Shown here in pieces: positions 26,408 through 37,164 of a stretch of 64,000 bases of DNA. Position 1 is the stretch's first letter; each line of letters begins with the position of its first letter. The DNA is taken from positions 726,240 through 790,239 of the forward strand of contig JAIELV010000001.1 in the NCBI GenBank assembly GCA_019752595.1, in the 5' to 3' direction. The DNA is from Patescibacteria group bacterium (GTDB taxonomy: Bacteria > Patescibacteriota > Minisyncoccia > Phycocordibacterales > Phycocordibacteraceae). Below the pieces are notes generated by a model that was given only the letters and a program-made list of their open reading frames with translations, searched no databases and was not told the DNA's origin. The position numbers were made by a program, and so were the translations under genes.

Positions 26408-27436
26408 TTATGCATCCTCGTTCAATTTTGCGCGGATTTGTTTAAGTAGTTCGTTCGCGATGGGTTTGTTTTCCCTCAAGAACGTGCGAGTTGCATCATA
26501 CCCAACCGCCAGTTTTTCTTCTCCCATTCTGTAGGTAGAACCACTTTTAACCACGAGCCCATATTTTTCACCAAGGGCGATCAATTCGCCCTCGCGGGAA
26601 ATGCCCTCGTTGTACATGAGGTCGAATTCCGTTGTTTTAAACGGTGCTGCTACTTTGTTTTTTACGACTTTGACTTTCACACGTCCGCCAACCACTTCTT
26701 CTCCTTTCTTTATCTGCGCAATTCTTCTGATATCAAGACGCACTGAGGTGTAGAATTTCAAGGCTTTTCCTCCTGGAGTCGTTTCTGGATTACCAAACAT
26801 CACGCCGATTTGCATACGGATTTGGTTAATGAAAATCACCACTGTTTTTGAACGCGCGACAATTGCGGTCATCTTTCGAAGTGCCTGTGACATCAAACGA
26901 GCTTGGCGTCCTACGTGCTGAGCACCCATGTCGCCTTCAATTTCTGCTTGAGGAGTGAGCGCCGCAACTGAATCGATAACAATCACATCAATTTTTCCTG
27001 AGCGAATCAAAGATTCTGCAATGTCTAATGCCTGCTCTCCTGTATCAGGTTGCGAAACCAACAAATCATCAATTTTTACGCCAAGGCGCTTTGCATATTC
27101 AGGATCAAGCGCGTGTTCTGCGTCGATGAACGCACACACCCCACCTTTTTTCTGTGCTTCCGCAGTGATGTGGAGTGAAAGCGTTGTCTTGCCTGAAGAT
27201 TCAGGACCGAAGATTTCTATAATGCGTCCGCGAGGGACTCCGCCAATTCCAAGCGCGGCATCAAGACCAATAGAGCCAGTTGGAATTGCATCAACACCTG
27301 TCTTCGGACGCATGCCGAGCGTCGTAATAGCTTCGTCGCCGAATTTTGTTTTTATGGATGCGATTGCGTCGTTAATCGCAGAACTTTTATTTGAGGCGTC
27401 GTCTGCTTTTTCTTCTTTAGTTTTCTTCTTTGCCAT
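26408..27436 (-). CDS. recA: recombinase RecA
   Basis: Walker [11 protein letters not shown], full RecA core. Confidence 0.95.
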   Translation of the reverse strand: MAKKKTKEEKADDASNKSSAINDAIASIKTKFGDEAITTLGMRPKTGVDAIPTGSIGLDAALGIGGVPRGRIIEIFGPESSGKTTLSLHITAEAQKKGGVCAFIDAEHALDPEYAKRLGVKIDDLLVSQPDTGEQALDIAESLIRSGKIDVIVIDSVAALTPQAEIEGDMGAQHVGRQARLMSQALRKMTAIVARSKTVVIFINQIRMQIGVMFGNPETTPGGKALKFYTSVRLDIRRIAQIKKGEEVVGGRVKVKVVKNKVAAPFKTTEFDLMYNEGISREGELIALGEKYGLVVKSGSTYRMGEEKLAVGYDATRTFLRENKPIANELLKQIRAKLNEDA

Positions 27437-27791
27437 AGGTGGTGCTTGCTTGCTCTGTTACAAAGGTAAGTGTTTTTGTAATGGTTCGGCCGAAACGATC
27501 GCGACCGACTGCCGTGACCGCAGTATACCCCGATGGGTATGCGCGCTCCACGGAAAAACTCCCATCCTCTCCGACAGGAATTTCTGCCCCGTTTAGGGAA
27601 AGGTACGACACTCGCTCCGTGTCTCCATAGAGCGTGGTTAAGCCCTTTACAGAGGCAACAGAGAGGGTGAGGGAGGGTCCTTTGAGGTAAGGATAGGCGG
27701 CAAAAAGGGCATACCCGACAATTACGAGGAGGGCGAGTATTCCTCCCGCTATACCAAGCGTTTTCCTACCGTCACGCTCAATCTGCATCAT
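27417..27791 (-). CDS. small membrane protein (124 aa) translationally coupled between ftsK and recA
   Basis: one TM segment ([22 protein letters not shown]); overlaps both neighbours. Confidence 0.4.
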   Translation of the reverse strand: MMQIERDGRKTLGIAGGILALLVIVGYALFAAYPYLKGPSLTLSVASVKGLTTLYGDTERVSYLSLNGAEIPVGEDGSFSVERAYPSGYTAVTAVGRDRFGRTITKTLTFVTEQASTTYGKEEN

Positions 27792-29955
27792 CCGCTTCTG
27801 ATTTCGAACCTCCAGTCGTCAACACATCTCTCGGGCGCGCGCCGTCTGCGGGCCCTATTACGCCTTTATTTTCAAGAATATCCATCAACCGCGCGGCGCG
27901 CGCGTACCCGATTCGAAGTTTTCTCTGAAGATACGACGTTGATGCTTTACCCGCCTCCTCTACAATCTGTTTCGCTTCCTGAAAGAGGTCATCTTCGTCA
28001 CCTTCGTCTTCAAGTGATGCAGAGAAAATAGGATTCGGAGTGTCTGAGGTTGTCCCCGAGAGAGCAATACCATCCACGCTCGGTTCGTTATTTTTTCTAA
28101 TGTATTCAACCACCGCTTTCACTTCAGCTTCTGATATGTATGCCGTCTGAATACGGTGAGGTTTTGGCATGTCTGAAGATTGGTACAGCATATCTCCCGC
28201 GCCAAGAAGTTTCTCCGCGCCTGCCGCATCAAGGATTGTTCGGGAATCAAACTGCGAAGCCACCTGAAGCGCAATCCTGGCAGGAACGTTTGCCTTAATA
28301 AGCCCCGTAATGACGTTCACTGACGGGCGCTGTGTAGAGAGAACGAGGTGAATACCAACAGCGCGCGACATTTGTGCCAAACGCACCACGGCAGCTTCAA
28401 GCTCGCGCGGGTATGTCTGCATAATGTCCGCCAATTCGTCGATAAATATAAGTATGTAGGGCATCTGGTCGGGTGCTTCACCTTCACCATTCCATTTCGC
28501 CACAATGTTTTCGTGGTACGAGTGAATATCACGAACCGCATGTCCTTCTAAGAGGTTGTATCGACGCTCCATCTCTTTCGCTGCCCATTTCAAGGAGAGA
28601 ATAGCTTTCTTTGGGTCAGTAATGACTGGCGTTAAGAGGTGAGGGATAGGGTTATAGAGGGTCAACTCCACACGCTTCGGGTCGATCATGATGAATCTGA
28701 GGGTTGCAGGGCCGTTTCTATAAAGAAGAGAGGTGATGAGAGCGTGAATCGCCACTGATTTACCTGAGCCCGTTGCTCCTGCAACCAAGAGGTGCGGCAT
28801 TTTACCCAGGTTTGCGAAGTGCGAATTACCTGTGATGTCGCGACCAAGGGCGACCGTAAGAGGTTTCTGGTCAGTCTGGAATTTAGCGTCGCCAATTAAT
28901 GAGCCCAAGCCAACTGTCGATTTTGTCGTGTTCGGCACTTCAATACCTACGAGAGATTTACCAGGGATAGGCGCCTCAATACGAATAGGGGATGCAGCGA
29001 GCGCAAGTTCCAAGTTGTTTTGGAGTGCGAGTATTTTCTGTAAGCGCACGCCTTCAGCAGGCTTCAGCGCGTAGCGGGTAACCGTGGGTCCAATTGATAC
29101 CTCATCCATCTCAACGTTGATACCGAAGTTTTGAAGCGTGCGCTTAATCAGATTCGCGCTTGCTTTTATGTCGCCTGTGTCAGGCTTACCGCGGTCACCT
29201 TTAATAAGAGAGACAGGTGGAGGATTGTATGCCTGATCGGCTGGTTTGAATGCAATCGCAGAAACTTCTACCTGAGGAATTGGTTCGGGCTTCTTTTCTT
29301 TCTTTATTCTCTGTGGTTCTGGTGCAGCTTCCTCTTCTTCGTATTCTTCTTCATCTTCATCCGCTTCTTCATACGCGCCAGTCACCGTAAGCTCCTCTTC
29401 TTCAGGAGTCTCTTCTTTTCGTTTCAAAAATTGAGGGAAGGCGAGTGAAGGAAACTTAAGCGGGGTATCGAGCGCAAGGAGCGCGCCGACAATAAAGAGC
29501 CCCGTGAGGATGATGAATGAGAATGCGTAGTCGAATAGATACAAAAACGGTGAGGAAATAAATCTTCCGGCCAGCCCACCCTGATCTCCGACTAGTGAAA
29601 GTATTGAAATACCTGAAAAGAAAAGTAATGCTGCACCAACAATTCGCGTACCACCCCATCCTGTCTCGGGGTTCTGTCTAAAGAAGCCGATAGCGAGCGC
29701 AATGAAGACGAGAGGAATTAAAAAGTATCCGAGTCCGAAAAGACCAGTCGAGCCAAGTGCGTCGTAGACCCACTCACCAAGGCGTCCGCCGATACCCATC
29801 GGCGCCAAAAGAAAAAGTCCTGCGACGATGATTGAAAGGACACCATAAATGCTTTTTGCGGTCTCTGTTTTTACGTCGAGTGAGGGGGCTTTGATGAGAG
29901 GGGAGTTTTTGTCTTTACCCTTTTCTTTATTCTTACGCCTCGTGTTTTTTGCCAT
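27778..29955 (-). CDS. ftsK: DNA translocase FtsK/SpoIIIE
   Basis: N-terminal TM helices, acidic linker, ATPase Walker A LLVAGATGSGKS, C-terminal winged-helix gamma domain. Confidence 0.9.
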   Translation of the reverse strand: MAKNTRRKNKEKGKDKNSPLIKAPSLDVKTETAKSIYGVLSIIVAGLFLLAPMGIGGRLGEWVYDALGSTGLFGLGYFLIPLVFIALAIGFFRQNPETGWGGTRIVGAALLFFSGISILSLVGDQGGLAGRFISSPFLYLFDYAFSFIILTGLFIVGALLALDTPLKFPSLAFPQFLKRKEETPEEEELTVTGAYEEADEDEEEYEEEEAAPEPQRIKKEKKPEPIPQVEVSAIAFKPADQAYNPPPVSLIKGDRGKPDTGDIKASANLIKRTLQNFGINVEMDEVSIGPTVTRYALKPAEGVRLQKILALQNNLELALAASPIRIEAPIPGKSLVGIEVPNTTKSTVGLGSLIGDAKFQTDQKPLTVALGRDITGNSHFANLGKMPHLLVAGATGSGKSVAIHALITSLLYRNGPATLRFIMIDPKRVELTLYNPIPHLLTPVITDPKKAILSLKWAAKEMERRYNLLEGHAVRDIHSYHENIVAKWNGEGEAPDQMPYILIFIDELADIMQTYPRELEAAVVRLAQMSRAVGIHLVLSTQRPSVNVITGLIKANVPARIALQVASQFDSRTILDAAGAEKLLGAGDMLYQSSDMPKPHRIQTAYISEAEVKAVVEYIRKNNEPSVDGIALSGTTSDTPNPIFSASLEDEGDEDDLFQEAKQIVEEAGKASTSYLQRKLRIGYARAARLMDILENKGVIGPADGARPRDVLTTGGSKSEADDAD

Positions 29956-30279
29956 TGTTATCTTGCGTTTCGTAAGAGGATTTTATCATGACGAGCGAAG
30001 AGTACTGTGAGCGCTTGCACTCACAGTGTCTGGGCGACGTCATGAAGAGCTTCACTTACCACGACTAGTGAGGAGGATCGTGAGTGATTGTACGCACGAT
30101 CTCCGAACGAAATCGGGGCAAGGTTTTCTTAACATGGTCAGTGAAGAGCGATGTGAAAGATTTTGCTTAGTTGCAGTTCGCGTCTTTCCGAATACGCCCT
30201 AAGAACCGCTCGGGGCAAAATTCGATGTGCTTTTTTCAGACATATTTCCTATCTGTCTCAGACGGCATAACGACACAAA

Positions 30280-31119
30280 ATGCCACTTGTCTGCAAGGTG
30301 TCCATGAGCGTACGATTGACCGATAAGAGGTTTAAAAAAGTCTTAAAAAATATGTCTGATAATCAAAGGGACACGCTAAAGGACGAAGGAATCAGGGGGC
30401 CAAATAGACACTCACTCCCTAAGAGCGTGCAGGACCTTATATTGGGGGATTATCGGACATACATAGTTAAGAAGTCTGAAAGATTGGCATCTGCCCTTTA
30501 CGTAGTGACTGGGTTCATACAGCCAAATGATCCTATGAGAAAAAGGTTGCGGACGGGAGCTCTGGACATAATCGGACTCTCAGCACGACCTTCAGGAATG
30601 AGCCTAGAAGGTATAGAAAAATTTAAGGCACTGTGTGTCGAGATGGGGGCACTTTTGACCACCGCTCGCGGCGCTGGTCTTTTGTCACAAATGAACGCAG
30701 GACTATTGTCTGAAGAGTACGCACTTTTAGGTTCTTTTGTCTCTGAGAATTCTCAGACCTTGAGAGAGGGGAAAGTATTGGCTTTCGAATCACTCCCCGC
30801 ACCTGTTCAAGGACCTACGGAATCAATTGCTGTTAAAGGACATACAAAGAGCACTCAGGAGAAAAAGAAAATAGTTAAAAGACAATTACCAGCTACGAAC
30901 GGTAGGGGTCAGTCCGATAGAAAAAGAACGATACTGAACCTCGTAGACTCAAAGGGCAAGATATCTATAAAGGACGCAACCTCGATGATTCCTGGTGTCA
31001 GCGAAAAGACAATTCAAAGAGAGCTTTTGGCGATGGTAAAGGAAGGCTTGCTCTTGAAAGAAGGGGAGAGGAGATGGAGTACATATAAGAAGCCGAACGT
31101 TGCGTCTAGCGCGGAGTAA
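30280..31119 (+). CDS. hypothetical protein with C-terminal winged-helix DNA-binding domain
   Basis: C-terminus KRTILNLVDSKGKISIKDATSMIPGVSEKTIQRELLAMVKEGLL resembles DeoR/ArsR-type wHTH. Confidence 0.4.
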   Translation: MPLVCKVSMSVRLTDKRFKKVLKNMSDNQRDTLKDEGIRGPNRHSLPKSVQDLILGDYRTYIVKKSERLASALYVVTGFIQPNDPMRKRLRTGALDIIGLSARPSGMSLEGIEKFKALCVEMGALLTTARGAGLLSQMNAGLLSEEYALLGSFVSENSQTLREGKVLAFESLPAPVQGPTESIAVKGHTKSTQEKKKIVKRQLPATNGRGQSDRKRTILNLVDSKGKISIKDATSMIPGVSEKTIQRELLAMVKEGLLLKEGERRWSTYKKPNVASSAE

Positions 31120-31233
31120 AGTCCACTTTTGTCTTATCTAGGTGCGAGGTGATTGCAACACATTTTGTGTCTTGCTGTTAAGGGGGTTTTCAGCTAGTAT
31201 GCCCCCTGTGGACTGGTAACCCTATCGACACAA

Positions 31234-31584
31234 CTACGGCCTCATATACGGGGCTTTTTTGCGTCGTTTGTCCACACTATGGCCTTCCAATGCTTCAGAT
31301 ACTGAGGCAATGAGACCGTATAATAGGGAGATTCCCGTACGCATGTTTCGGTTGCGCGTTTGTTGTGCCGCGTAACCGCTACCGCCTGAGAGATCCTTGT
31401 CATTTTCATATCCCGTTCCTCCCGTTGTGACACCGTCATGCACTGACGTTAATTTAGTGCGCTCCGAAAGAAAGAACATTCCACCACGTCTGTACTCTGC
31501 ACGTTTCTCTAACCGTGCCATTAGCTTCGGCGTAACAACCGAAGTGATGGAATCGTTTTTCTTCTCGTTCTTCTCCGGAATCAA
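31234..31584 (-). CDS. hypothetical protein, 116 aa
   Basis: ORF track only. Confidence 0.25.
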   Translation of the reverse strand: MIPEKNEKKNDSITSVVTPKLMARLEKRAEYRRGGMFFLSERTKLTSVHDGVTTGGTGYENDKDLSGGSGYAAQQTRNRNMRTGISLLYGLIASVSEALEGHSVDKRRKKAPYMRP

Positions 31585-31758
31585 AAAGAGATTCTACGAG
31601 TGAACATATATAAGAGAGGGAAAACATTTTGTTGTGCTATTTATCAGGTATGCGATGCCGACTTCGAAATTATCGAATGCGGCATACACCGGTTTTTGCT
31701 CTCACCATTATTAGTGACCGAGAGTAAAAATCATTCAATTAGAAAATTACAAAACGAT

Positions 31759-34700
31759 ATGTCTATCGCACAGAAATCAATGGCGTTCATCGCTGTGATT
31801 GCGGTAACGGTCGCTATTGTCTTCAGCTTCGTCGCAACTATAAACGTTGCACAGGCTGCAGCTCTGACTCAAACTCAGATCTCATCAATAGTTTCCTTGC
31901 TCCAGTCATTCGGCGCTGACGCGAATACGATTGCGAATGTTCAGGCTTCGTTGAATGGTCAGCCGACCACTCCGATGCCAAGCACTCCTTCGTCATCAGC
32001 ATGTACATTCACCCGCGACCTTACTTTGGGCGCAACGGGTGCTGATGTAACTTGTCTTCAGAACGCACTTATTGCTAAGGGCTACGGAATTGCAGCAGGT
32101 GCAACTGGGTACTTCGGTGCTCAGACACAAGCAGCAGTTATGAAGTGGCAGGCAGCAGCAGGTGTTTCTCCTGCAGCAGGTTACTTCGGTGCTAAGAGCC
32201 GCGCAGCATTCGGTTCATCTTCGACCACAACTGGTCCGACGACACCAGCTCCAGCAGGCACTGGCCTTACGGTCATGGCAGGCTCACAGCCAATGAATGC
32301 GCTTGCTGTCAACAATGCTTCTCGCATTCCATTCACTCGCATCACTTTGACTGCGGGTAACGACGGCGACGTAGTAGTGAATTCAGTTCAGGTTCAGCGC
32401 ACTGGCCTTGGCTCAGATGGAGCATTCGCAGGTGTAGTCCTCGTGGATGAATCAACTGGCATGCAGGTCGGACAAGCAAAGACCTTCAACTCGAATCACC
32501 AGGCAGCAGTCGGTCAGACTATGACGATTCCTCGCGGAACGTCAAAGACTTTCTTGATTGCAGGAAACATGCAGGCAAACCTTGCTTCTCCAACAAACTA
32601 CTCAGGCGAGGCTCCGTCCTTGTCAGTTGTTGGGGTCAACACATCTGCAACTGTTTCAGGCACTCTTCCGATTGTCGGTGCAACCCACGTCATCAACTCA
32701 ACGTTGAACGTCGGTACGCTTTCTCTTGATGTCTCTCAGGCGTTTTCTTCAAACGCTCCTGCTAGCAAGGAGATTGGAACGACTGCGTATAAGTCAACAG
32801 GATTCCGCCTTACCGCAGGATCTGCTGAAGACGTACGCTTGAAGTCGCTCACCTTCAATCAGACTGGCTCTGTTTCTTCAGGCGACCTCGCAAATGTCGC
32901 GATCATCGTAGGTGGAACTTCCTACCCTGCAGTTGTCTCTACGGACGGCAAATACTACTCTGCAACCCTTGGTTCAGGTGTGGTAATTCCAAAAGGTAAC
33001 CAAGTTGAAGTCTACGTTCAGTACGACATCATCGGTTCGAATGCCACGAACCGCACAGTTATCTTCGATGTAGACAAGACGACTGACATTTACGCAACAG
33101 GTGAGACCTATGGCTACGGAATTTCTCCGAATACCTCAGGAGGCTCATCTGTTCCGACCACTCGTACAAACCAGAACACTGTAGAAACTACGGGTACTCC
33201 GTACATCTATGGGGCTCAGGTTACCGTTACGGGTGCCTCGGTAACGACAATCGGCAAAGCAAACGAAGTTGCTGCGCAGAACGTTGCGCTCAATGTTCCG
33301 AACCAGCCTTTGGGCGGGTATGTCGTTGACCTTAAGGGAGAGGGCATTACAGTCCAATCTCAGGTCTTCAACTTCAACTACTCTTCTGGTTCTGCTGCAT
33401 CAAACCTTCTTACTAACGTAACATTGGTTGATGCGAACGGAACTGTAGTTGCAGGTCCAGTTGACGCGGTTAACGTCGCTGGAGTTGCTCAGAAAGTTAC
33501 CTTCAGTGATTCTGTTACCTACAAACCAGGTCGCATGGTGTACACCTTGCGCGGTAAGATCCCAAACACCGTTTCAAACGGTGTGACGATTAACGCATCG
33601 ACAACTCCGTCGGTTGACTGGAGCAACGTCCGCGGAGATGTCACTGGTAACACGATTTCACTCTCAGCCTTCTCGTCGCAAGTGCTCATGAACACCATGA
33701 CCATCAAGGCGGGTTCTATGGTGGTTAACCTCTCAACATCGCCTGCATCACAGACGATCGTTCCCGGTGGTCAGAGCCAGTTGTTCACGAACATTCAGTT
33801 CGACGCAACACAGTCAGGTGAGGACATTCGCTTCTCAACTGCAGCCCTTACCCTTACTTTGGGTGGTTCTGCGGCAATGGCGGATCTTACGGGCTGCCAG
33901 CTCTTCGATGGTGCTACGGCACTCAACACGGGTTCAAATACTCTTAACCCGTCTGGAACTTCAGGTGCTACGCAGACCTTCACTTTGGACAACCCAGTGA
34001 CGGCTACGAAGGGCACTGTGAAGACTTTGGGTCTCAAGTGTAACGTTTCAGGTTCTGCTGCAAACGCAGGTACCTACACGTGGGCACCTATTACAGGTCC
34101 TACGTTCTCAGGCGCAACTTCAGGAACGACAATCATAGCTGTTTACCCAACTGCTCCGACTATCACTGTTACTATCGGTGTAGGTTCAGTTACGGTATCA
34201 ACTGACGCTTCGTCACCTTCGTACATGCTTGCTGCCGCTGGTTCAACTGGCGTCACGAACGGTGTGTACAAGTTCCGCGCAACAAACGAGAACATCAACC
34301 TTACGAGAATTGGTTTGGTACTCTCAAACACAGCATCTTCGTCAGCAGGTGACGTCCTCAAGGCGTCTATCTACAACGGAGCAACGCTCGTTGGTGAGGC
34401 ATACTTCATCGGTTCTTCAGTGAACGCAACTTCAACCTTGATGACTCCTATTCTTCTCACGAAGGATCAGGACAAGGCAGTTACGATCAAGCTTGATTAC
34501 GCAGACGTTGGCTCAAGCCAGGCAGTCACGTTCTCAGGTCACTTGGTTGCGGTTAACGTAGACGTTGGTGGTACAAACACCCAGGGTACAGGCGCATCAT
34601 CAGGAGCTACCTTCAATGCAACAGGTTCTACCTCAGTTGCAGGTGCTCGTGTGATGAAGTCATACCCAACGTTAGCTCTCGACACTTTGTCTTCAACAGG

Positions 34701-35256
34701 TATTGCCGATGGTCGCCTCATGCGATTCAAGGTAACTGCTGATGCAAAGGGTCCTGTTGGTATCGCTCAGTTTGCGCTTAACCTCGCAACGTCAACTGCT
34801 TCAGTTACGAACGTCACTATCTACGGCTTTACGGATGCGAACTACTCGAATCCAGTATCAGGCGTAGCAAACGACGGTAACCTCCAGCAGACGAACGATG
34901 CGACAGTTCCGGCTACAGGCAACGTCACTATTGGTGTTGCTAACAGCTCGGGCGCAACTGCGCTTCAAGTTCCAGCAGGTTCAACGCTCTACTTCGAGGC
35001 TCGCGGTTCAGTAGCTGGTGTCGCTTCTGGCGCATCAGTTACGACCAAGCTCTTGGGTAGCACGTCGTTCCCATCAACTGCGGCTGGTGTAGCGGCTAAC
35101 CCGCTCCTCTCTGTCTCAGGTGTCTCTGATGTAAACGCATTCATCTGGTCTCCGAACTCGACCACAACTGTTGGTCAGACGGGTCAAGACTGGACGAACG
35201 GCTTTGGCGTCACTGGTCTTCCTTCAGGCGGTCTGATTCAGACTCGCTCGAACTAA
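31759..35256 (+). CDS. giant cell-surface protein (>1100 aa) with N-terminal signal/TM, a peptidoglycan-binding-like domain and a long Thr/Ser/Gly/Val-rich beta-repeat region
   Basis: MSIAQKSMAFIAVIAVTVAIVF signal; LTLGATGADVTCLQNALIAKGYG...AQTQAAVMKWQ matches PG-binding domain 1. ORF track start 31600; Met at 31759 is more likely. Confidence 0.6.
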   Translation: MSIAQKSMAFIAVIAVTVAIVFSFVATINVAQAAALTQTQISSIVSLLQSFGADANTIANVQASLNGQPTTPMPSTPSSSACTFTRDLTLGATGADVTCLQNALIAKGYGIAAGATGYFGAQTQAAVMKWQAAAGVSPAAGYFGAKSRAAFGSSSTTTGPTTPAPAGTGLTVMAGSQPMNALAVNNASRIPFTRITLTAGNDGDVVVNSVQVQRTGLGSDGAFAGVVLVDESTGMQVGQAKTFNSNHQAAVGQTMTIPRGTSKTFLIAGNMQANLASPTNYSGEAPSLSVVGVNTSATVSGTLPIVGATHVINSTLNVGTLSLDVSQAFSSNAPASKEIGTTAYKSTGFRLTAGSAEDVRLKSLTFNQTGSVSSGDLANVAIIVGGTSYPAVVSTDGKYYSATLGSGVVIPKGNQVEVYVQYDIIGSNATNRTVIFDVDKTTDIYATGETYGYGISPNTSGGSSVPTTRTNQNTVETTGTPYIYGAQVTVTGASVTTIGKANEVAAQNVALNVPNQPLGGYVVDLKGEGITVQSQVFNFNYSSGSAASNLLTNVTLVDANGTVVAGPVDAVNVAGVAQKVTFSDSVTYKPGRMVYTLRGKIPNTVSNGVTINASTTPSVDWSNVRGDVTGNTISLSAFSSQVLMNTMTIKAGSMVVNLSTSPASQTIVPGGQSQLFTNIQFDATQSGEDIRFSTAALTLTLGGSAAMADLTGCQLFDGATALNTGSNTLNPSGTSGATQTFTLDNPVTATKGTVKTLGLKCNVSGSAANAGTYTWAPITGPTFSGATSGTTIIAVYPTAPTITVTIGVGSVTVSTDASSPSYMLAAAGSTGVTNGVYKFRATNENINLTRIGLVLSNTASSSAGDVLKASIYNGATLVGEAYFIGSSVNATSTLMTPILLTKDQDKAVTIKLDYADVGSSQAVTFSGHLVAVNVDVGGTNTQGTGASSGATFNATGSTSVAGARVMKSYPTLALDTLSSTGIADGRLMRFKVTADAKGPVGIAQFALNLATSTASVTNVTIYGFTDANYSNPVSGVANDGNLQQTNDATVPATGNVTIGVANSSGATALQVPAGSTLYFEARGSVAGVASGASVTTKLLGSTSFPSTAAGVAANPLLSVSGVSDVNAFIWSPNSTTTVGQTGQDWTNGFGVTGLPSGGLIQTRSN

Positions 35257-35291
35257 TCTCTAGGCGAAAGCCTTAGGTTAGCGAAGATTCG

Positions 35292-35323
35292 CAAAAACCC
35301 CGCACGAAAGTGCGGGGTTTTTG
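35292..35323 (+). terminator. rho-independent terminator (CCCCGCAC-gaaag-TGCGGGG + TTTTT)
   Basis: read directly. Confidence 0.7.
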
Positions 35324-35476
35324 CTTGCCCGATGAGCGAGTTTCGACTCATAGTAATGCGCTGCTTCTCAAGTAACTCTGTCTTCTTATTTTAAGAATCA
35401 GCGCGGAGTCGAAACTCTGCTATTGGGTTTTTTCGGGCTTTTTGCCTTTAGTGGCTTAGTTGATTACAATGCCAAT

Positions 35477-36244
35477 ATGCAAAAGAAAATAATCATTACC
35501 GTTGCGGTGCTTATCGGCATCGGCGCCATCATAGGCGGAGTGTATTATTGGAACTCATCTGAGCCTCAGAAAGGGGAGAATGTGCAGGTTGGCGCTACTA
35601 CGACCCCAAACTACACCATTGAACTCGTTGATAATGCCGAAATTCGCGACATCATGCCGAACCTGGATCGTGGAATCACATTTGGCTCAACCGTGCCAGA
35701 AGCTGCACGTGTATCTATACAGAAAAACTACGACGCAGCAACGCTTCGATTAAAAGAAGATCCAATGCGCGCTGATGATTGGTTTAACCTTGGTATTTTT
35801 TATCACGCAGCAAATGATTTTAAGGGAGCAGAAGAAGTATGGCTCTTTCTTTTGAAAGTAGTACCAAACAGTGCAGTGCCCTTGGATAACCTTGGTAAGA
35901 TGTATAAGTTTCAGATTAAAGATTTCCCAAAAGCGGAAAGTTACTTCAAACAATCAATTGCACTTAACCCCGACTCAACAACGCCCTACTTTGAACTCTT
36001 CGAGTTGTATCGGTATCTCTACAAAACAGACACGAACTCAGCTATCGAAATCATCACGCAGGCAGCAAATAGATTCACCGAAAACCCCGACCCACACATG
36101 ATTCTTGGTTCTTACTATCGTGATATCAAAAACTACGCAGGCGCACGCGCAGAATTTACGAAAGCGCTCGACATTGCGCGCGAATTGAAAAACGTACAGC
36201 TTATTGATGCAATAGGGCAGGAGATTGCTAATTTGCCCCAATAA
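35477..36244 (+). CDS. membrane-anchored TPR-repeat protein
   Basis: N-terminal TM (IIITVAVLIGIGAIIGGVYYW) followed by TPR-like helical repeats. Confidence 0.5.
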   Translation: MQKKIIITVAVLIGIGAIIGGVYYWNSSEPQKGENVQVGATTTPNYTIELVDNAEIRDIMPNLDRGITFGSTVPEAARVSIQKNYDAATLRLKEDPMRADDWFNLGIFYHAANDFKGAEEVWLFLLKVVPNSAVPLDNLGKMYKFQIKDFPKAESYFKQSIALNPDSTTPYFELFELYRYLYKTDTNSAIEIITQAANRFTENPDPHMILGSYYRDIKNYAGARAEFTKALDIARELKNVQLIDAIGQEIANLPQ

Positions 36245-36369
36245 CATTCAGAAAAATTATGAAGAACTTCCTAACCCCTGATTTCTTCAAATTCCTTCTC
36301 GGCTTCTCTATTATTATCGTCCTTTCGTTTCTCGTCCTCACCTTCGCCAACGTCGCCTAGACCAAATGT

Positions 36370-36640
36370 GCTATACTTAGTGTAGCACATTGCCATTTCG
36401 ACTTCTGTTTGCTACTCTGATCCACAGCACGACTGGAGACAGCAGGGAGCTGAGGGGAAACTCGAAGCTTTAATCATCCTGCCGAAGTCGAAAAAGGTTT
36501 AAGGTCGAATCCTTTACCCAGTCTCGTGTTTTAGAAAACGTTAGGAGCTTTGCGATTTAGGTTTTCTAAACCCGCACACTAACTGTTAGTGCGCGGGCGC
36601 AGATATTTCTAAACTCGCGGACTCGTTAAGAACTATCAAC
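36370..36640 (+). promoter_or_regulatory. long structured 5' leader of rplJ-rplL (candidate L10 autoregulatory leader)
   Basis: 270-nt untranslated region with hairpins (e.g. CCCGCACACTAACTGTTAGTGCGCGGG) directly upstream of rplJ. Confidence 0.35.
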
Positions 36641-37138
36641 GTGGCAATTACAAAAGCAAAAAAAGTAACACTGCTTGCAAACATTACCGAGGCTCTCGCA
36701 AAGACTGTCTCGGGTGTGTTTGTTAGTTTCTCTGGTATTACGGTTGCGGAAGTGAACCAGCTTCGCAACGCGCTCAGAGCGGAAGGTGTGAAATACACTG
36801 TCGTCAAAAAGACACTCCTTAAGAAAGCACTCACCGAAAAAGGCGTTTCAGGCGACATGCCCGAACTTCCTGGTGAAATTGCATTCGTCTACCTCAAGGA
36901 AGGCGAGGATATCACCGCACCAGCGCGTGGGATCCACGGATTTATCAAGAAACTCCAGGGCAAAATTGCTCTCGTTGGAGGTCTTCTTGAAGGCAAATAC
37001 CTCTCGGAAGGGGAGGCAAAAGGAATCGCAACGATTCCGCCGATTCCAGTACTCCGCGGCATGTTTGCAAACATCATCAATTCGCCGATTCAGCGTTTGG
37101 CCATCGGTTTGAATGAAGTAGCTAAAGTTAAAAATTAA
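36641..37138 (+). CDS. rplJ: 50S ribosomal protein L10 (GTG start)
   Basis: AITKAKKVTLLANITEALAKTVSGVFVSFSGITVAEVNQLR. Confidence 0.9.
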   Translation: MAITKAKKVTLLANITEALAKTVSGVFVSFSGITVAEVNQLRNALRAEGVKYTVVKKTLLKKALTEKGVSGDMPELPGEIAFVYLKEGEDITAPARGIHGFIKKLQGKIALVGGLLEGKYLSEGEAKGIATIPPIPVLRGMFANIINSPIQRLAIGLNEVAKVKN

Positions 37139-37164
37139 GATAAAGGGTTTAGGTACTAGCTTCT

